DNA from: PVC group bacterium
GTDB taxonomy: Bacteria; Verrucomicrobiota; Kiritimatiellia; PWTM01
NCBI GenBank assembly: GCA_003563855.1
Contig: PWTM01000251.1
Coordinates: 1-53,844 of the forward strand
Length of the DNA stretch: 53,844 bases
Direction of reading: 5' to 3'
Every line of letters starts with the position of its first letter. Within the stretch, counting starts at the first letter, position 1. The position numbers and the translations under genes are program-made. Positions 37,716 to 45,799 of the stretch are shown piece by piece. The notes under the pieces were generated by a model that ran no database searches, was not told where the DNA came from, and saw nothing but the letters and a program-made list of their open reading frames with translations.

Positions 37716-39185
37716 GTGAATATCCTCGTGGTGGTGAACCGGCGCGAGGACTGGCGCCTCGAGGTGGACGGGGTGTCGGTGGTCGCCGCCCAGGACTACG
37801 TGACCGACCCGGCCTACTCGGACGTGGCGAACACGCGCGTCTTCAACCTCTGCCGCTCCTACCGGTACCAGAGCCTCGGGTACTACGTGTCGCTGCTGGC
37901 CACGGCGCGCGGGCACAAGCCGATCCCCAGCGTGACGGCGATCCAGGACATGAAGTCCCAGGCGATGGCCCGACTGGTGTCGGACGACCTGGACGACCGC
38001 ATCCAGCAGTGCCTGGCCCACACGCCCTCGGACCGGCTTGCGCTGCACGTCTATTTCGGCCGGACCCCGGCGGCCCGGTACGAGCGGTTGACGCGGGAGC
38101 TGTTCAACCTCTTCCAGGCGCCGTTCCTTCGGGCGCAATTCCAGCGCAACGGGGACGGGGAATGGACCCTGCAATCCGTCCGTCCGCTGCCGGCGGGGGA
38201 GATTCCGGACGCCCACCGGGACCTCGTGACCGAGGCGGCCCGACGGTACTTCTCGCGCGGGCGCTTCCGCACCCGCCGCCGGTCGCCGCCGCGCTGCGCC
38301 CTGGCGATTCTCTGGAACCCGGCCGAGCGCGACCGGCCCTCCAACGACCGGGCGCTGGAGCGATTCGAACGCGCGGCCGAGCGACTGGGCATGGAGACCG
38401 AGCGGATCACGCGCGACGACTATGCCCGGCTCGCGGAGTTCGACGCCCTCTTCATCCGCGAGACGACAAGCGTGACCCACCACACGTACCGGTTTGCGCG
38501 GCGCGCGGAGGCCGAGGGGCTCGTCGTCATGGACGACCCGCCGTCCATCGAGCGCTGCACGAACAAGGTCTACCTGGCCGAGCTTCTCGACCGCCACGAC
38601 GTGCCGACCCCGCGCACGCTGATCGTCTCGAGCGCACGGGTCAAGCGGATCATCCCCGAGCTGGGCCTCCCGGTCGTGCTCAAGCAGCCCGACAGCTCGT
38701 TCTCGCAGGGGGTCGTCAAGGCGGACGACGAGGAAACGCTGCGCGCGGCGGTCGGGCGCCTGCTCGACCGCTCCGACCTGGTGGTGGCGCAGGAGTTCAT
38801 CGCCACGCCGTTCGACTGGCGCATCGGCGTGCTGGACCGCACGCCGCTCTATGCCTGCAAGTACTACATGGCGCGGCGGCACTGGCAGGTCATCGACCGT
38901 TCCGGCGCGCGCGCGAACAGCGGCCGGTCGGAATGCCTTCGCGTCGAGGACGCGCCGCCGGCCGTGGTGCGGACGGCGCTGCGCGCGGCCAACCTGGTCG
39001 GCGACGGGTTTTACGGGGTGGACCTCAAGCAGCGGGGCCGGCGCTGCTGCGTGATCGAAGTCAACGATAACCCGAGCATCGATGCGGGCGTCGAGGACGC
39101 GGTGCTCAAGGGCGAGCTGTACCGCCGGGTGATGGAGGTCTTCCTGGAGCGCGTGGAACGCCGCCGGCTCGGGACGGCGCGATGA
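37716..39185 (+). CDS. RimK-like ATP-grasp ligase with N-terminal RLAN-type domain
   Basis: About 489 aa. N-terminal half resembles the RimK-like ATP-grasp N-terminal (RLAN) domain (YQSLGYYVSLLA..RGH). C-terminal ATP-grasp (LPVVLKQPDSSFSQGV...GVDLK...VIEVNDNP). Start ambiguous: GTG 37716 or TTG 37689. Confidence 0.82.
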   Translation: MNILVVVNRREDWRLEVDGVSVVAAQDYVTDPAYSDVANTRVFNLCRSYRYQSLGYYVSLLATARGHKPIPSVTAIQDMKSQAMARLVSDDLDDRIQQCLAHTPSDRLALHVYFGRTPAARYERLTRELFNLFQAPFLRAQFQRNGDGEWTLQSVRPLPAGEIPDAHRDLVTEAARRYFSRGRFRTRRRSPPRCALAILWNPAERDRPSNDRALERFERAAERLGMETERITRDDYARLAEFDALFIRETTSVTHHTYRFARRAEAEGLVVMDDPPSIERCTNKVYLAELLDRHDVPTPRTLIVSSARVKRIIPELGLPVVLKQPDSSFSQGVVKADDEETLRAAVGRLLDRSDLVVAQEFIATPFDWRIGVLDRTPLYACKYYMARRHWQVIDRSGARANSGRSECLRVEDAPPAVVRTALRAANLVGDGFYGVDLKQRGRRCCVIEVNDNPSIDAGVEDAVLKGELYRRVMEVFLERVERRRLGTAR

Positions 39186-40174
39186 GTTCGGGTGGGACCG
39201 CGCGGCCGACGCTGGTGCTCCTCGGCGGGGTGTTCGCCTGTTCGACCGCGGTGATCATGATCAAGGCGAGCGCGACGCATGCCTTCGCGCTGTCCGCCTT
39301 CCGGTTGCTTGTCGCCGGGATCGCGCTGCTTCCGCTCTTCCTGCGCGCCTGGCGGCGGCATCGCGCGCAGGTCACCCCGCGCGACCTGGCCCGCGCATTG
39401 CTGCCCGGCGCCTTCCTCGCGCTGCACTTCATCACGTGGACGATCGGCGCCCGGCTGACGCTGGCGGCGAACGCCTCGCTGATCGTGAACATGGTCCCGG
39501 TGGCGATGCCGCTGCTGCTGCACACCATGCTCGGCGAGGCCATCAGCCGCGGGGAGCGGCGCGGCACCGCGCTGGCGATGGCCGGCGTCATCGTGCTGGG
39601 CGCCTCCGCGGCGCGGGTGAGCCTGACGACACTGGCGGGCGACGCGATCTGCCTGCTCTCGATGCTGCTCTTCGCGGTCTACCTCATTTTCGGCCGGATC
39701 AACCGCCATCTGCCCAGCATCTGGCTTTACGTGGTCCCGCTCTACCTCGGCGCCGGGCTCATCTGCCTGGTCGTCGCGCTTCCGTTTACGCCGGTTTTCC
39801 AACCGTACCCGGTGCGCGAGATCGCGCTACTGCTCGGGCTGGGCCTGGTCCCGACGGTGCTGGGCCACTCGGCGCTGATGCGCGCGATGAAGGCCCTGCC
39901 CCCGCAGCGGGTCGCCATCCTGAACCTCGGGCAGTTCGTCTTCGGCGCGCTGCTGGCCTGGTGGTTCTTCCACGAGGTTCCCGGTCCGCTCTTCTATGCC
40001 GCGACCGTGCTGCTCCTCGGCGGCGCCGTCACGGCCATCCGCGCCTCGGTCCCGCCGCCCACGGATCATGGCGGCATCGACGGTCCGTCCGGCGGATCGG
40101 GGCGCCGGTCAAGCACGCGGCGGAGCATGGGCGGGACCTCCACGTCCGGATCCAGCGCCTGCGCGCGGCGATAG
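39182..40174 (+). CDS. EamA/DMT family transporter
   Basis: 330 aa, 10 TM. ATG overlaps the rimK-like stop (ATGA). The last ~35 aa are Ser/Arg-rich and overlap the convergent gene. Confidence 0.82.
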   Translation: MSSGGTARPTLVLLGGVFACSTAVIMIKASATHAFALSAFRLLVAGIALLPLFLRAWRRHRAQVTPRDLARALLPGAFLALHFITWTIGARLTLAANASLIVNMVPVAMPLLLHTMLGEAISRGERRGTALAMAGVIVLGASAARVSLTTLAGDAICLLSMLLFAVYLIFGRINRHLPSIWLYVVPLYLGAGLICLVVALPFTPVFQPYPVREIALLLGLGLVPTVLGHSALMRAMKALPPQRVAILNLGQFVFGALLAWWFFHEVPGPLFYAATVLLLGGAVTAIRASVPPPTDHGGIDGPSGGSGRRSSTRRSMGGTSTSGSSACARR

Positions 40175-40473
40175 AGGCGCAGCGTCTCCTCGAACGAGAG
40201 ACCGTGATCGATCGCGGCCCAATCGGCATAGACGCGGGCGAGGAACGACCGGATGCGCGCCGCGCGCTCGGTGTCCGCATCGCCCTCCGCCTCGAGCACG
40301 GCCTCGAGGGTTTCCGCCGCCGCTTCGAAGCGCTGCTCGTTGTAGAGGGCGATCGCTTCGTTCTCGCGGGCCAGGAGGTCCTGCTCGGTCCGGATCCACT
40401 GCACGGCGCGCCAGGCGCCGAAGGCCAGCGCGGCGATCAGCGCGACCCGGAAGAGGTTGACCAACTGGCGCAA
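40066..40473 (-). CDS. Small membrane-anchored helical (TPR-like) protein
   Basis: 135 aa. TTG start with AAGGAG RBS 6 nt upstream. N-terminal TM (LFRVALIAALAFGAW). Confidence 0.55.
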   Translation of the reverse strand: MRQLVNLFRVALIAALAFGAWRAVQWIRTEQDLLARENEAIALYNEQRFEAAAETLEAVLEAEGDADTERAARIRSFLARVYADWAAIDHGLSFEETLRLYRRAQALDPDVEVPPMLRRVLDRRPDPPDGPSMPP

Positions 40474-40519
40474 ACGTTGCTCCTTGGGTGCGGTGGGGGA
40501 TCGGGGGGAATACGAGGGG

Positions 40520-40981
40520 CTACTTCTCGGCCCAGTTGCGCAGCTCGCGCTTGATCTTCTCCTCGAGCTTGCTCCCGAGTTCTTCCCATTCCGTGTCCTT
40601 CTTTCCGGACTCGTCGAGCCAGGCGCGGATGCTGCGGCGTACCCGTTCCTCCATGCGCGACCCGATCTCCTCCCATTCCTTCGCCTCGGGCGACTTCGCC
40701 CTGCGCACGCGGCAGGCCCGCGAGCGGCCGCAGCCGCCGAAGGCGATGGCCGCGCCGAGGACGAAGCCGAGGTTATAGAGCGGGCCGGCGTTGTTCGCCT
40801 CGTAGATGCCCACGCCGTCCGTGAACAGGCTCACGATGAAGGCGAAGAAACAGATCAGCCCGTGCCAGAGTCCGGCCCAGAATCCCGCGGGCGCATCGAC
40901 AAACCGTTCGTTCCCCGCCGCGCAGCCGGCCGCGATCAGCAGGACGGCGAGCAGCGATCCACCCAGGAGCAGTTTCTTCAT
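40520..40981 (-). CDS. Hypothetical lipoprotein/membrane protein with duplicated C-terminal charged motif
   Basis: 153 aa from MKKLLLGGSLLAVLLIAAGC (lipobox). Two hydrophobic segments, then EWEEIGSRMEERVRR / EWEELGSKLEEKIKR repeats. Confidence 0.65.
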   Translation of the reverse strand: MKKLLLGGSLLAVLLIAAGCAAGNERFVDAPAGFWAGLWHGLICFFAFIVSLFTDGVGIYEANNAGPLYNLGFVLGAAIAFGGCGRSRACRVRRAKSPEAKEWEEIGSRMEERVRRSIRAWLDESGKKDTEWEELGSKLEEKIKRELRNWAEK

Positions 40982-41106
40982 CCTCTTCTCCCCCGTATCG
41001 CATTCGTGCGGCGCCGGTCCCGCGCCGGCGGTCCGGCGCCAAGCGCACGGCGGGAGTCTAGCCGAAGAATCCGCGAGGCTCAATCGTTCGGCGTTGGGTG
41101 CCAGCG

Positions 41107-41330
41107 GAAGAGCCCGGAGAGGAGCGCGGGAGGACCATGGGTCTGCCTGCGCTCTCCTTCGGGCTCTTCCCTCTTTCGGGAAAGCGCGCTCGGGGCTTTC
41201 CCAACCTTTCTCCCCCACGGGGCGAGCCCGTGGGGGCCGGCCCCGTTCGCGTAGCCCGTGGCAAGCCCGTGGGGGTCGACCGGGCGACGCCTGCTCTCGC
41301 GCAGCCCGGGGCAAGCCCGTCGGGGGGCGG
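41107..41330. repeat. Family R3 repeat cluster (copy 2)
   Basis: GGAAGAGCCCGGAGAGGAGCGC...GCGCTCTCCTTCGGGCTCTTCC hairpin, then CCCCACGGGGCGAGCCCGTGGGGG and two degenerate copies. Aligns to 11571-11699. Confidence 0.75.
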
Positions 41331-41340
41331 GGAGCGGCCG

Positions 41341-41364
41341 GCCCGCACCGATGGCGGTGCGGGC
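41341..41364 (-). terminator. Perfect 10-bp GC hairpin downstream of the Whirly-like gene
   Basis: GCCCGCACCG atgg CGGTGCGGGC, 29 nt after the stop. No U-tract, so terminator function is inferred only. Confidence 0.4.
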
Positions 41365-41392
41365 CGGGTTCGTCCGCGGCGCAGGCCGGCCT

Positions 41393-41944
41393 TCAGCGCC
41401 CGGCGGGAGCGGATTCGAGGCTCCCGTGGTAGACCATGAAGAAGAGGCCGCTCTGGAAGACGCAGCGCAGGCCGAGGGCCTCCGCCTCGGAGAGCAGCAG
41501 GCGTCCGCGGAAGAGCTGCTCGCCACCCTTGGTCTTCTTCGAGAGGCCAACCCCGATGCCGCCCCGCTCGGCGTCCCGCCGGACGTCGATCAGGGTATTG
41601 GCGCCGCCGTTCTCGTGGTAGATGCCGTTGGCGCGCGCGCCGCCGGCCCGCTCCTTGCGGCCTTCGAGCACGAGCAGGATCTCGCAGATGTCGGCGAAGT
41701 CCAGCTTCACGGTCGCACGGTTCTGCCAGTCGAAGCGGGCCGGCCCGCGGCCGCGCTCCTCGGACGGCTTCTGCCGGGCCATCTCGAGGAAGAAGCAGTC
41801 GTAGCGGTCGTCGCGCCGGCGGCTGAGCCGGAGCTCGAGCCGCAGCGCAGTGCCGCTGCCCTCCCGGTTCGGATGATAGAGCGTCAGCCGGCCGGGGTAG
41901 GGTCCCGTTGGCTCGCGCCGGGTCTCTTCGGTTGCGGTCTTCAT
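41393..41944 (-). CDS. Hypothetical protein, Whirly-fold-like ssDNA-binding candidate
   Basis: 183 aa, ATG with GGAAAGGAAA RBS, 43 nt downstream of ssb. Segment order ALRLEL...FFLEMA...FDWQNRATVKLDFADICEILLVLEG...IYHE...IGVGLS...LLLSEAEALGL parallels plant Whirly (ALTVEP..LLLQFAP..YDWSRKQVFSLSVTEIG..L..FFHDP..FFNLSV..IPITRAEFAVL). Confidence 0.6.
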   Translation of the reverse strand: MKTATEETRREPTGPYPGRLTLYHPNREGSGTALRLELRLSRRRDDRYDCFFLEMARQKPSEERGRGPARFDWQNRATVKLDFADICEILLVLEGRKERAGGARANGIYHENGGANTLIDVRRDAERGGIGVGLSKKTKGGEQLFRGRLLLSEAEALGLRCVFQSGLFFMVYHGSLESAPAGR

Positions 41945-41987
41945 GGCGGGTTTCCTTTCCTGTATTGAGGGATTGGCCTTCGGCGGG

Positions 41988-42380
41988 TCAGAACGGCATC
42001 GCCGTTTCGGCCTCGGCCGCCGGCGCCGCGTCGGTCGCGGCCGCCTCGCGCGGCCGGCCGAGGAAGTGGACGCGATCCGCCCGCACGCGGAGGCGCTGGC
42101 GGTTCTCGCCCTGCTCGGTCTGCCAGCGGTCGAGCTGCAGTCGGCCCTCGACGAAGACCGGCCGGCCCTTGGCCAGGAACTGGCCGCAGGCTTCGGCCTG
42201 CCGGCCCCAGGTGACGATATCGGCGAAGCAGGTCGTCTCGACCGACTCGCCTTCCTTGTTGCGGTAGCGCTCGGTGACGGCCAGGCCGAGGTCGCAGACC
42301 GTCTGCCCCGAGGGCGTCTGCTTCACCTGCGGGTCGCGCGTCAGGTTCCCCAGCAGCATCACGCGGTTGATTCCAGTCAT
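41988..42380 (-). CDS. ssb: Single-stranded DNA-binding protein
   Basis: 130 aa. OB-fold N-terminus (INRVMLLGNLTRDPQ...TCFADIVTWGRQAE) and a short C-terminal tail ending MPF. GGAGAAGGAA RBS. Confidence 0.92.
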   Translation of the reverse strand: MTGINRVMLLGNLTRDPQVKQTPSGQTVCDLGLAVTERYRNKEGESVETTCFADIVTWGRQAEACGQFLAKGRPVFVEGRLQLDRWQTEQGENRQRLRVRADRVHFLGRPREAAATDAAPAAEAETAMPF

Positions 42381-42666
42381 GGTTCCTTCTCCTGTTCTTC
42401 GGACCGCCGTTCATCGGCGGCCCTACCCCAAGAGAAGGAACGAACCCCGCACTTTTCCGAAGATTGCGGAAAGCGGCCGCCTAAACTGTTCCTTTGCAAT
42501 GAATAGCGACACTAACTCTCGGACGGCTTTCGGCGGTCTTTCAGGGCCTCCGGTGCAGACGGGTCCGGTGGCAGGCGCGCGGCCGATCCCGGAATCGGGC
42601 ATGCGGCCGGGGCAAGGGACAGGTGGCCCCGTCCTTTTTCTCTGTCCCGCGATCCTCGCCTCTCTA

Positions 42667-42808
42667 CGGCGGTCACCGACCGCCGCTACAGGATCGCGGG
42701 GACGAGAAAGGCACGAGACGGCTGTAGCCGCGGTCGATGACCGCGGTCATAGGGGGGGGCGAAGATCGCGGAAAGGATAAAGGCCGCGGTCAACGACCGC
42801 GGCTACAG
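42667..42808. repeat. Three spaced palindromes CSGCGGTC-N3-GACCGCSG
   Basis: CGGCGGTCaccGACCGCCG (42667-42685), CCGCGGTCgatGACCGCGG (42728-42746), CCGCGGTCaacGACCGCGG (42784-42802). Extended flanks are CTGTAGCC / GGCTACAG. Centres lie 61 and 56 bp apart. Confidence 0.85.
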
Positions 42809-43543
42809 ATGGCGGTTCCCCGGCCTTCCGCGGCGCTTCTCGTGGGCATCCGTCCGGTAGGTCGCGCGCGGTTCGGCGGCGATCGGCAGCGCGGCGTCGC
42901 GGGGGATGGGATATTCGAGCGCGTCGGCTGGCGCGGCGGCCGCGCGGACGGGCACGCCGAGACCGTCGAAGAGCGCGCGCTCTTCCTCGATATACGCATG
43001 GCGCGGGTCGCAGGGGTGACGAAGCGACGGGCCGGCCCGCGGGGCGAGGTCGGCCGGCAGGTCGAGGCCGTCATCCCGGACGCGGACGAGGCGGAGCGCC
43101 GCCCTTCGGTCGGCCGCGCGCAGCCTGCCGACGGGCCAGGCGCGTTCGAGGGCGACCCGCGGCATGCGCCGCGCGTTCCAGCAGCAGAGGACGAGCAGCG
43201 GCGTCGGGGCCAGCGCGGTCCGCCACTCGCCGGGTGTGGCGGGGACGGGGAACCGGCCGAACGGGGCGGCGATCACGGAGGGATCGTCGGGATCGCTCTC
43301 GATCACCGCGACGTAGCAGGGCCGTTCGCAGGCCGCCGGGGTATCGGGGCGCAGCAGCCGGATCTCGCCGATGCGGACGGGCTGCCGGCGGCCGCGCTGC
43401 GGTCGGGGCGGCGGACGCCCGGCGGGGGCGTCCGTCGGCGGCGGATCGGCGCGCCATGCGCGCAGCCAGGCCTCGAGCGCCGCCCGCTCTTCCGAGGCGG
43501 CGGGCTTCGTTCCCGGTCGGGTTCGGGGCAGGCGGGGACTCAT
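42803..43543 (-). CDS. Hypothetical protein (246 aa), translationally coupled to upstream sigma-like gene
   Basis: ATG overlaps the upstream TGA (ATGA). Non-repetitive sequence. The central segment GEIRLL...YVAVIE...VIAAPFG...LVLCCWNAR...VGRL loosely follows PemK/MazF-like motif order (weak). Confidence 0.55.
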   Translation of the reverse strand: MSPRLPRTRPGTKPAASEERAALEAWLRAWRADPPPTDAPAGRPPPRPQRGRRQPVRIGEIRLLRPDTPAACERPCYVAVIESDPDDPSVIAAPFGRFPVPATPGEWRTALAPTPLLVLCCWNARRMPRVALERAWPVGRLRAADRRAALRLVRVRDDGLDLPADLAPRAGPSLRHPCDPRHAYIEEERALFDGLGVPVRAAAAPADALEYPIPRDAALPIAAEPRATYRTDAHEKRRGRPGNRHL

Positions 43544-44508
43544 ACGCGATGCATCCTTCGTCCGCGCCTGGCGCGGGTGGCGGTGGGCGCGTGGGGTTCG
43601 GACCGCGAGGGTCCCGGGCGACCGGCGGGCACGGGTTCCGGCGCGGCCGGCCGGGGCGCGGGTGCGGGCTCGATCGGGCGGAAGCGCCGGCCAAAGAGCG
43701 CGGCGCAACCGCGTTCCGAGCCGGCCCAGTCGGCGGCCTGGACGGTCAGCCGGCCGAGCGTGTGGCGGGCGAGGACGAGGAGCGCGTCGGACGTCTCCGC
43801 CGGGTAGTCGGCGCGCAGGCGGGCGGCGAGGCGTTCGAGCGCGGCGCGGTAGGCGGCGTGGAGCGCGCTCCTGCCACAGCGGGCCGCCCGCAGGACGGGC
43901 GGGCGGTCGAGCGGCCAGCCGCGCCCGCGCGCCGCGAGGGCGACGCGCTCGCGGCGGTCGAGGTCCGGCCAGTGCCGCGCGGCCTGGCGGTCGGCGATCT
44001 CCATGAACTCCCGGTCCGCAGCCTCGTCGAACGGGGTCTCCTCCGCGGGCAGGAGATCCTCGGCAGTCAGCGTGCCGTCGCCGGCCGGGCGGAGCGGCGC
44101 CTGGAGGGAGCGGAAGCGCGGGTCGGGCGCCTCCCGCGCGAGGTAGGCGCGGACCACGTCGCGCATCAGCAGCGTGGCGCCGAAGGCGAGCGCCGCGGCC
44201 GGCGGCTGATCGCAGCCGCGCGCCCAGGCGAAGAGCCAGGCCTTGTAGCGTTTGCCGCGCCGGCCGCGGCCGGCGGCCAGGTGGGTTTCGAACCGGTGCC
44301 AGCATTCCGCGGGGGCCGGCACCGGAACATCGGGCGCCGCGCACCGGCGGCAGCAGGCGCGGAATCGTGCACCCGCGAAATCGCGCAGCGACTCCGCGGT
44401 CTCGGGCGGACAGCGGGCGAGGGAGCAACGCCGCCGCCAGCGCGCCCAGTCGACCAGCCGGACGCCGCGACGTTCCGGCTCAGCGGCGATCTCGGCCGTG
44501 CCCGTCAT
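43540..44508 (-). CDS. Hypothetical protein, divergent ECF sigma-factor-like
   Basis: 322 aa from MTGTAEIAAEP (ATG 44508, GGAGG RBS 5 nt upstream). Region-2-like KAWLFAWA...ATLLMRDVVRAYL and region-4-like LDRRERVALAAR...SALHAAYRAALERL. Assignment is tentative. Confidence 0.5.
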   Translation of the reverse strand: MTGTAEIAAEPERRGVRLVDWARWRRRCSLARCPPETAESLRDFAGARFRACCRRCAAPDVPVPAPAECWHRFETHLAAGRGRRGKRYKAWLFAWARGCDQPPAAALAFGATLLMRDVVRAYLAREAPDPRFRSLQAPLRPAGDGTLTAEDLLPAEETPFDEAADREFMEIADRQAARHWPDLDRRERVALAARGRGWPLDRPPVLRAARCGRSALHAAYRAALERLAARLRADYPAETSDALLVLARHTLGRLTVQAADWAGSERGCAALFGRRFRPIEPAPAPRPAAPEPVPAGRPGPSRSEPHAPTATRARRGRRMHRV

Positions 44509-44730
44509 GCCGCCTCCGATCTCGCTGTTGGGTGTGAACGTGACAGCGCGGGTGAGCGCGAGACGGAGGGGGAGCCGGCGGGGTGCGGCAGGCCGTGCCA
44601 CTCGCGTCCGAGATGTCCATCCCCGGCTCCTTGTCGGATTCCTGGCGGTTTCTCCGAAGGAAGCGAATTTCGGCCTTTCGGAGAATGGACCTGTCCACGA
44701 AAGGCAGGCGGCACTCCCCGCCCCACTGCC

Positions 44731-45417
44731 CTACCGACCCGCGTTGATCAACTCGGCCAGACGCCTTGCTTCCGCTTCCGTAAAGACTCCCATGATTTCC
44801 GCACGGCCTCCGGGGATCTCCGTACGAATCTCCGGCGCGGTGACCAGTCGTCCTTCGAGAATGATGGCCAGTTGCCGGCCTCGCTCGTTTTCGGCATTCA
44901 GGGAACCCCCGGGCGCATGGTTCCGGGTAAGCTCCGCGAACTGCCGTCGCCCCTCGCGGGTGAACCGGACTTCGATCACCGGCTGGCCAAGGACGTTGTT
45001 CCCAACCGCTGCGGCGCTGACCGCGGCGCCGGTCAACTGCACTTCCGTCTCGACGAAGTAAGGCACGAAGGCCGTGGTGCCGTCATCCTGCTGTTGCGGT
45101 TCCAGCATGAGCTCCGTGGATCCCGGTTCAGCCAGCGGAGGGTGCGGGAGGTGGAGGTCTTCGCGGGGCGCGTCGTCCGCGACCGCCTCGTCGGCCTTCA
45201 CGAGGACGCGGTTGTGCGAATGCCACCGGTAGCCGGGGGGCGCCTTGCCCTCGGCACGGAGGCGCGCTACCCAGCTATCGCTCTCCCGGTGGACAAGGCG
45301 GAAAACCAGCACGGCGTCGGCAGGCGCCGGGTCCGGATCGTCGTCCGGAAGCGGCCGGCCGCAACCGGTCAGCGAAAAACCCGCAATCGCGAGTAGGACC
45401 CACACCGTGTCCCTCAT
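44731..45417 (-). CDS. Lipoprotein with SecD P1-head-like domain
   Basis: 228 aa from MRDTVWVLLAIAGFSLTGC (lipobox). C-terminal GQPVIEVRFT..GRRQFAELT...LAIILEGRLVTAPEIRTEIPGGRAEIMGVFTEAEARRLAELI resembles the SecD periplasmic head. Confidence 0.65.
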   Translation of the reverse strand: MRDTVWVLLAIAGFSLTGCGRPLPDDDPDPAPADAVLVFRLVHRESDSWVARLRAEGKAPPGYRWHSHNRVLVKADEAVADDAPREDLHLPHPPLAEPGSTELMLEPQQQDDGTTAFVPYFVETEVQLTGAAVSAAAVGNNVLGQPVIEVRFTREGRRQFAELTRNHAPGGSLNAENERGRQLAIILEGRLVTAPEIRTEIPGGRAEIMGVFTEAEARRLAELINAGR

Positions 45418-45706
45418 TTGACCCCTTCCTCCTCGTTTCGCGAGCGCGCTCCCTCTTCTGCGAGAGCGTCGTCCGTGTGCTCTCCGCGCGAGTCCCTGCC
45501 GGCCTTCCGTGCAGACCAAGGGGAACGCTAGAAGCAGCAGGGCCGGGGGTCAAGCCATGGGGTGCCATGGGGTGCCTGAGCTTTCCCCCGGTCTTTCGCC
45601 CCAGCGGGTTCCCGCGCCCGCTTCGTGGACGCCGGACACCGGACGCCGGACGCCGTGAGTCCGTGGCGAGCGTGGGGCTGCAGCGCGGGACGGTCCCCTG
45701 TCTTCC

Positions 45707-45752
45707 CCCATTCTGCGTATTCTGCGTATTCTGTGGTTCCTCCTCCGCCCTC
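45707..45752 (+). repeat. Family R5 46-nt repeat (copy 2)
   Basis: Identical to 23414-23459. Confidence 0.9.
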
Positions 45753-45799
45753 TGCCCCTACGCCCTCCGCCCCATCGCGATCGCCATCGTACCCCGCGG

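Noticed and set aside
34097-39070. 1657-aa plus-strand ORF, the longest in the window
   Set aside because: Antisense to etfA, etfB, fixX and fixC, then out of frame across the rimK-like gene. Low-complexity R/G/A/P composition. The opposite-strand or alternative-frame genes all have strong family motifs.
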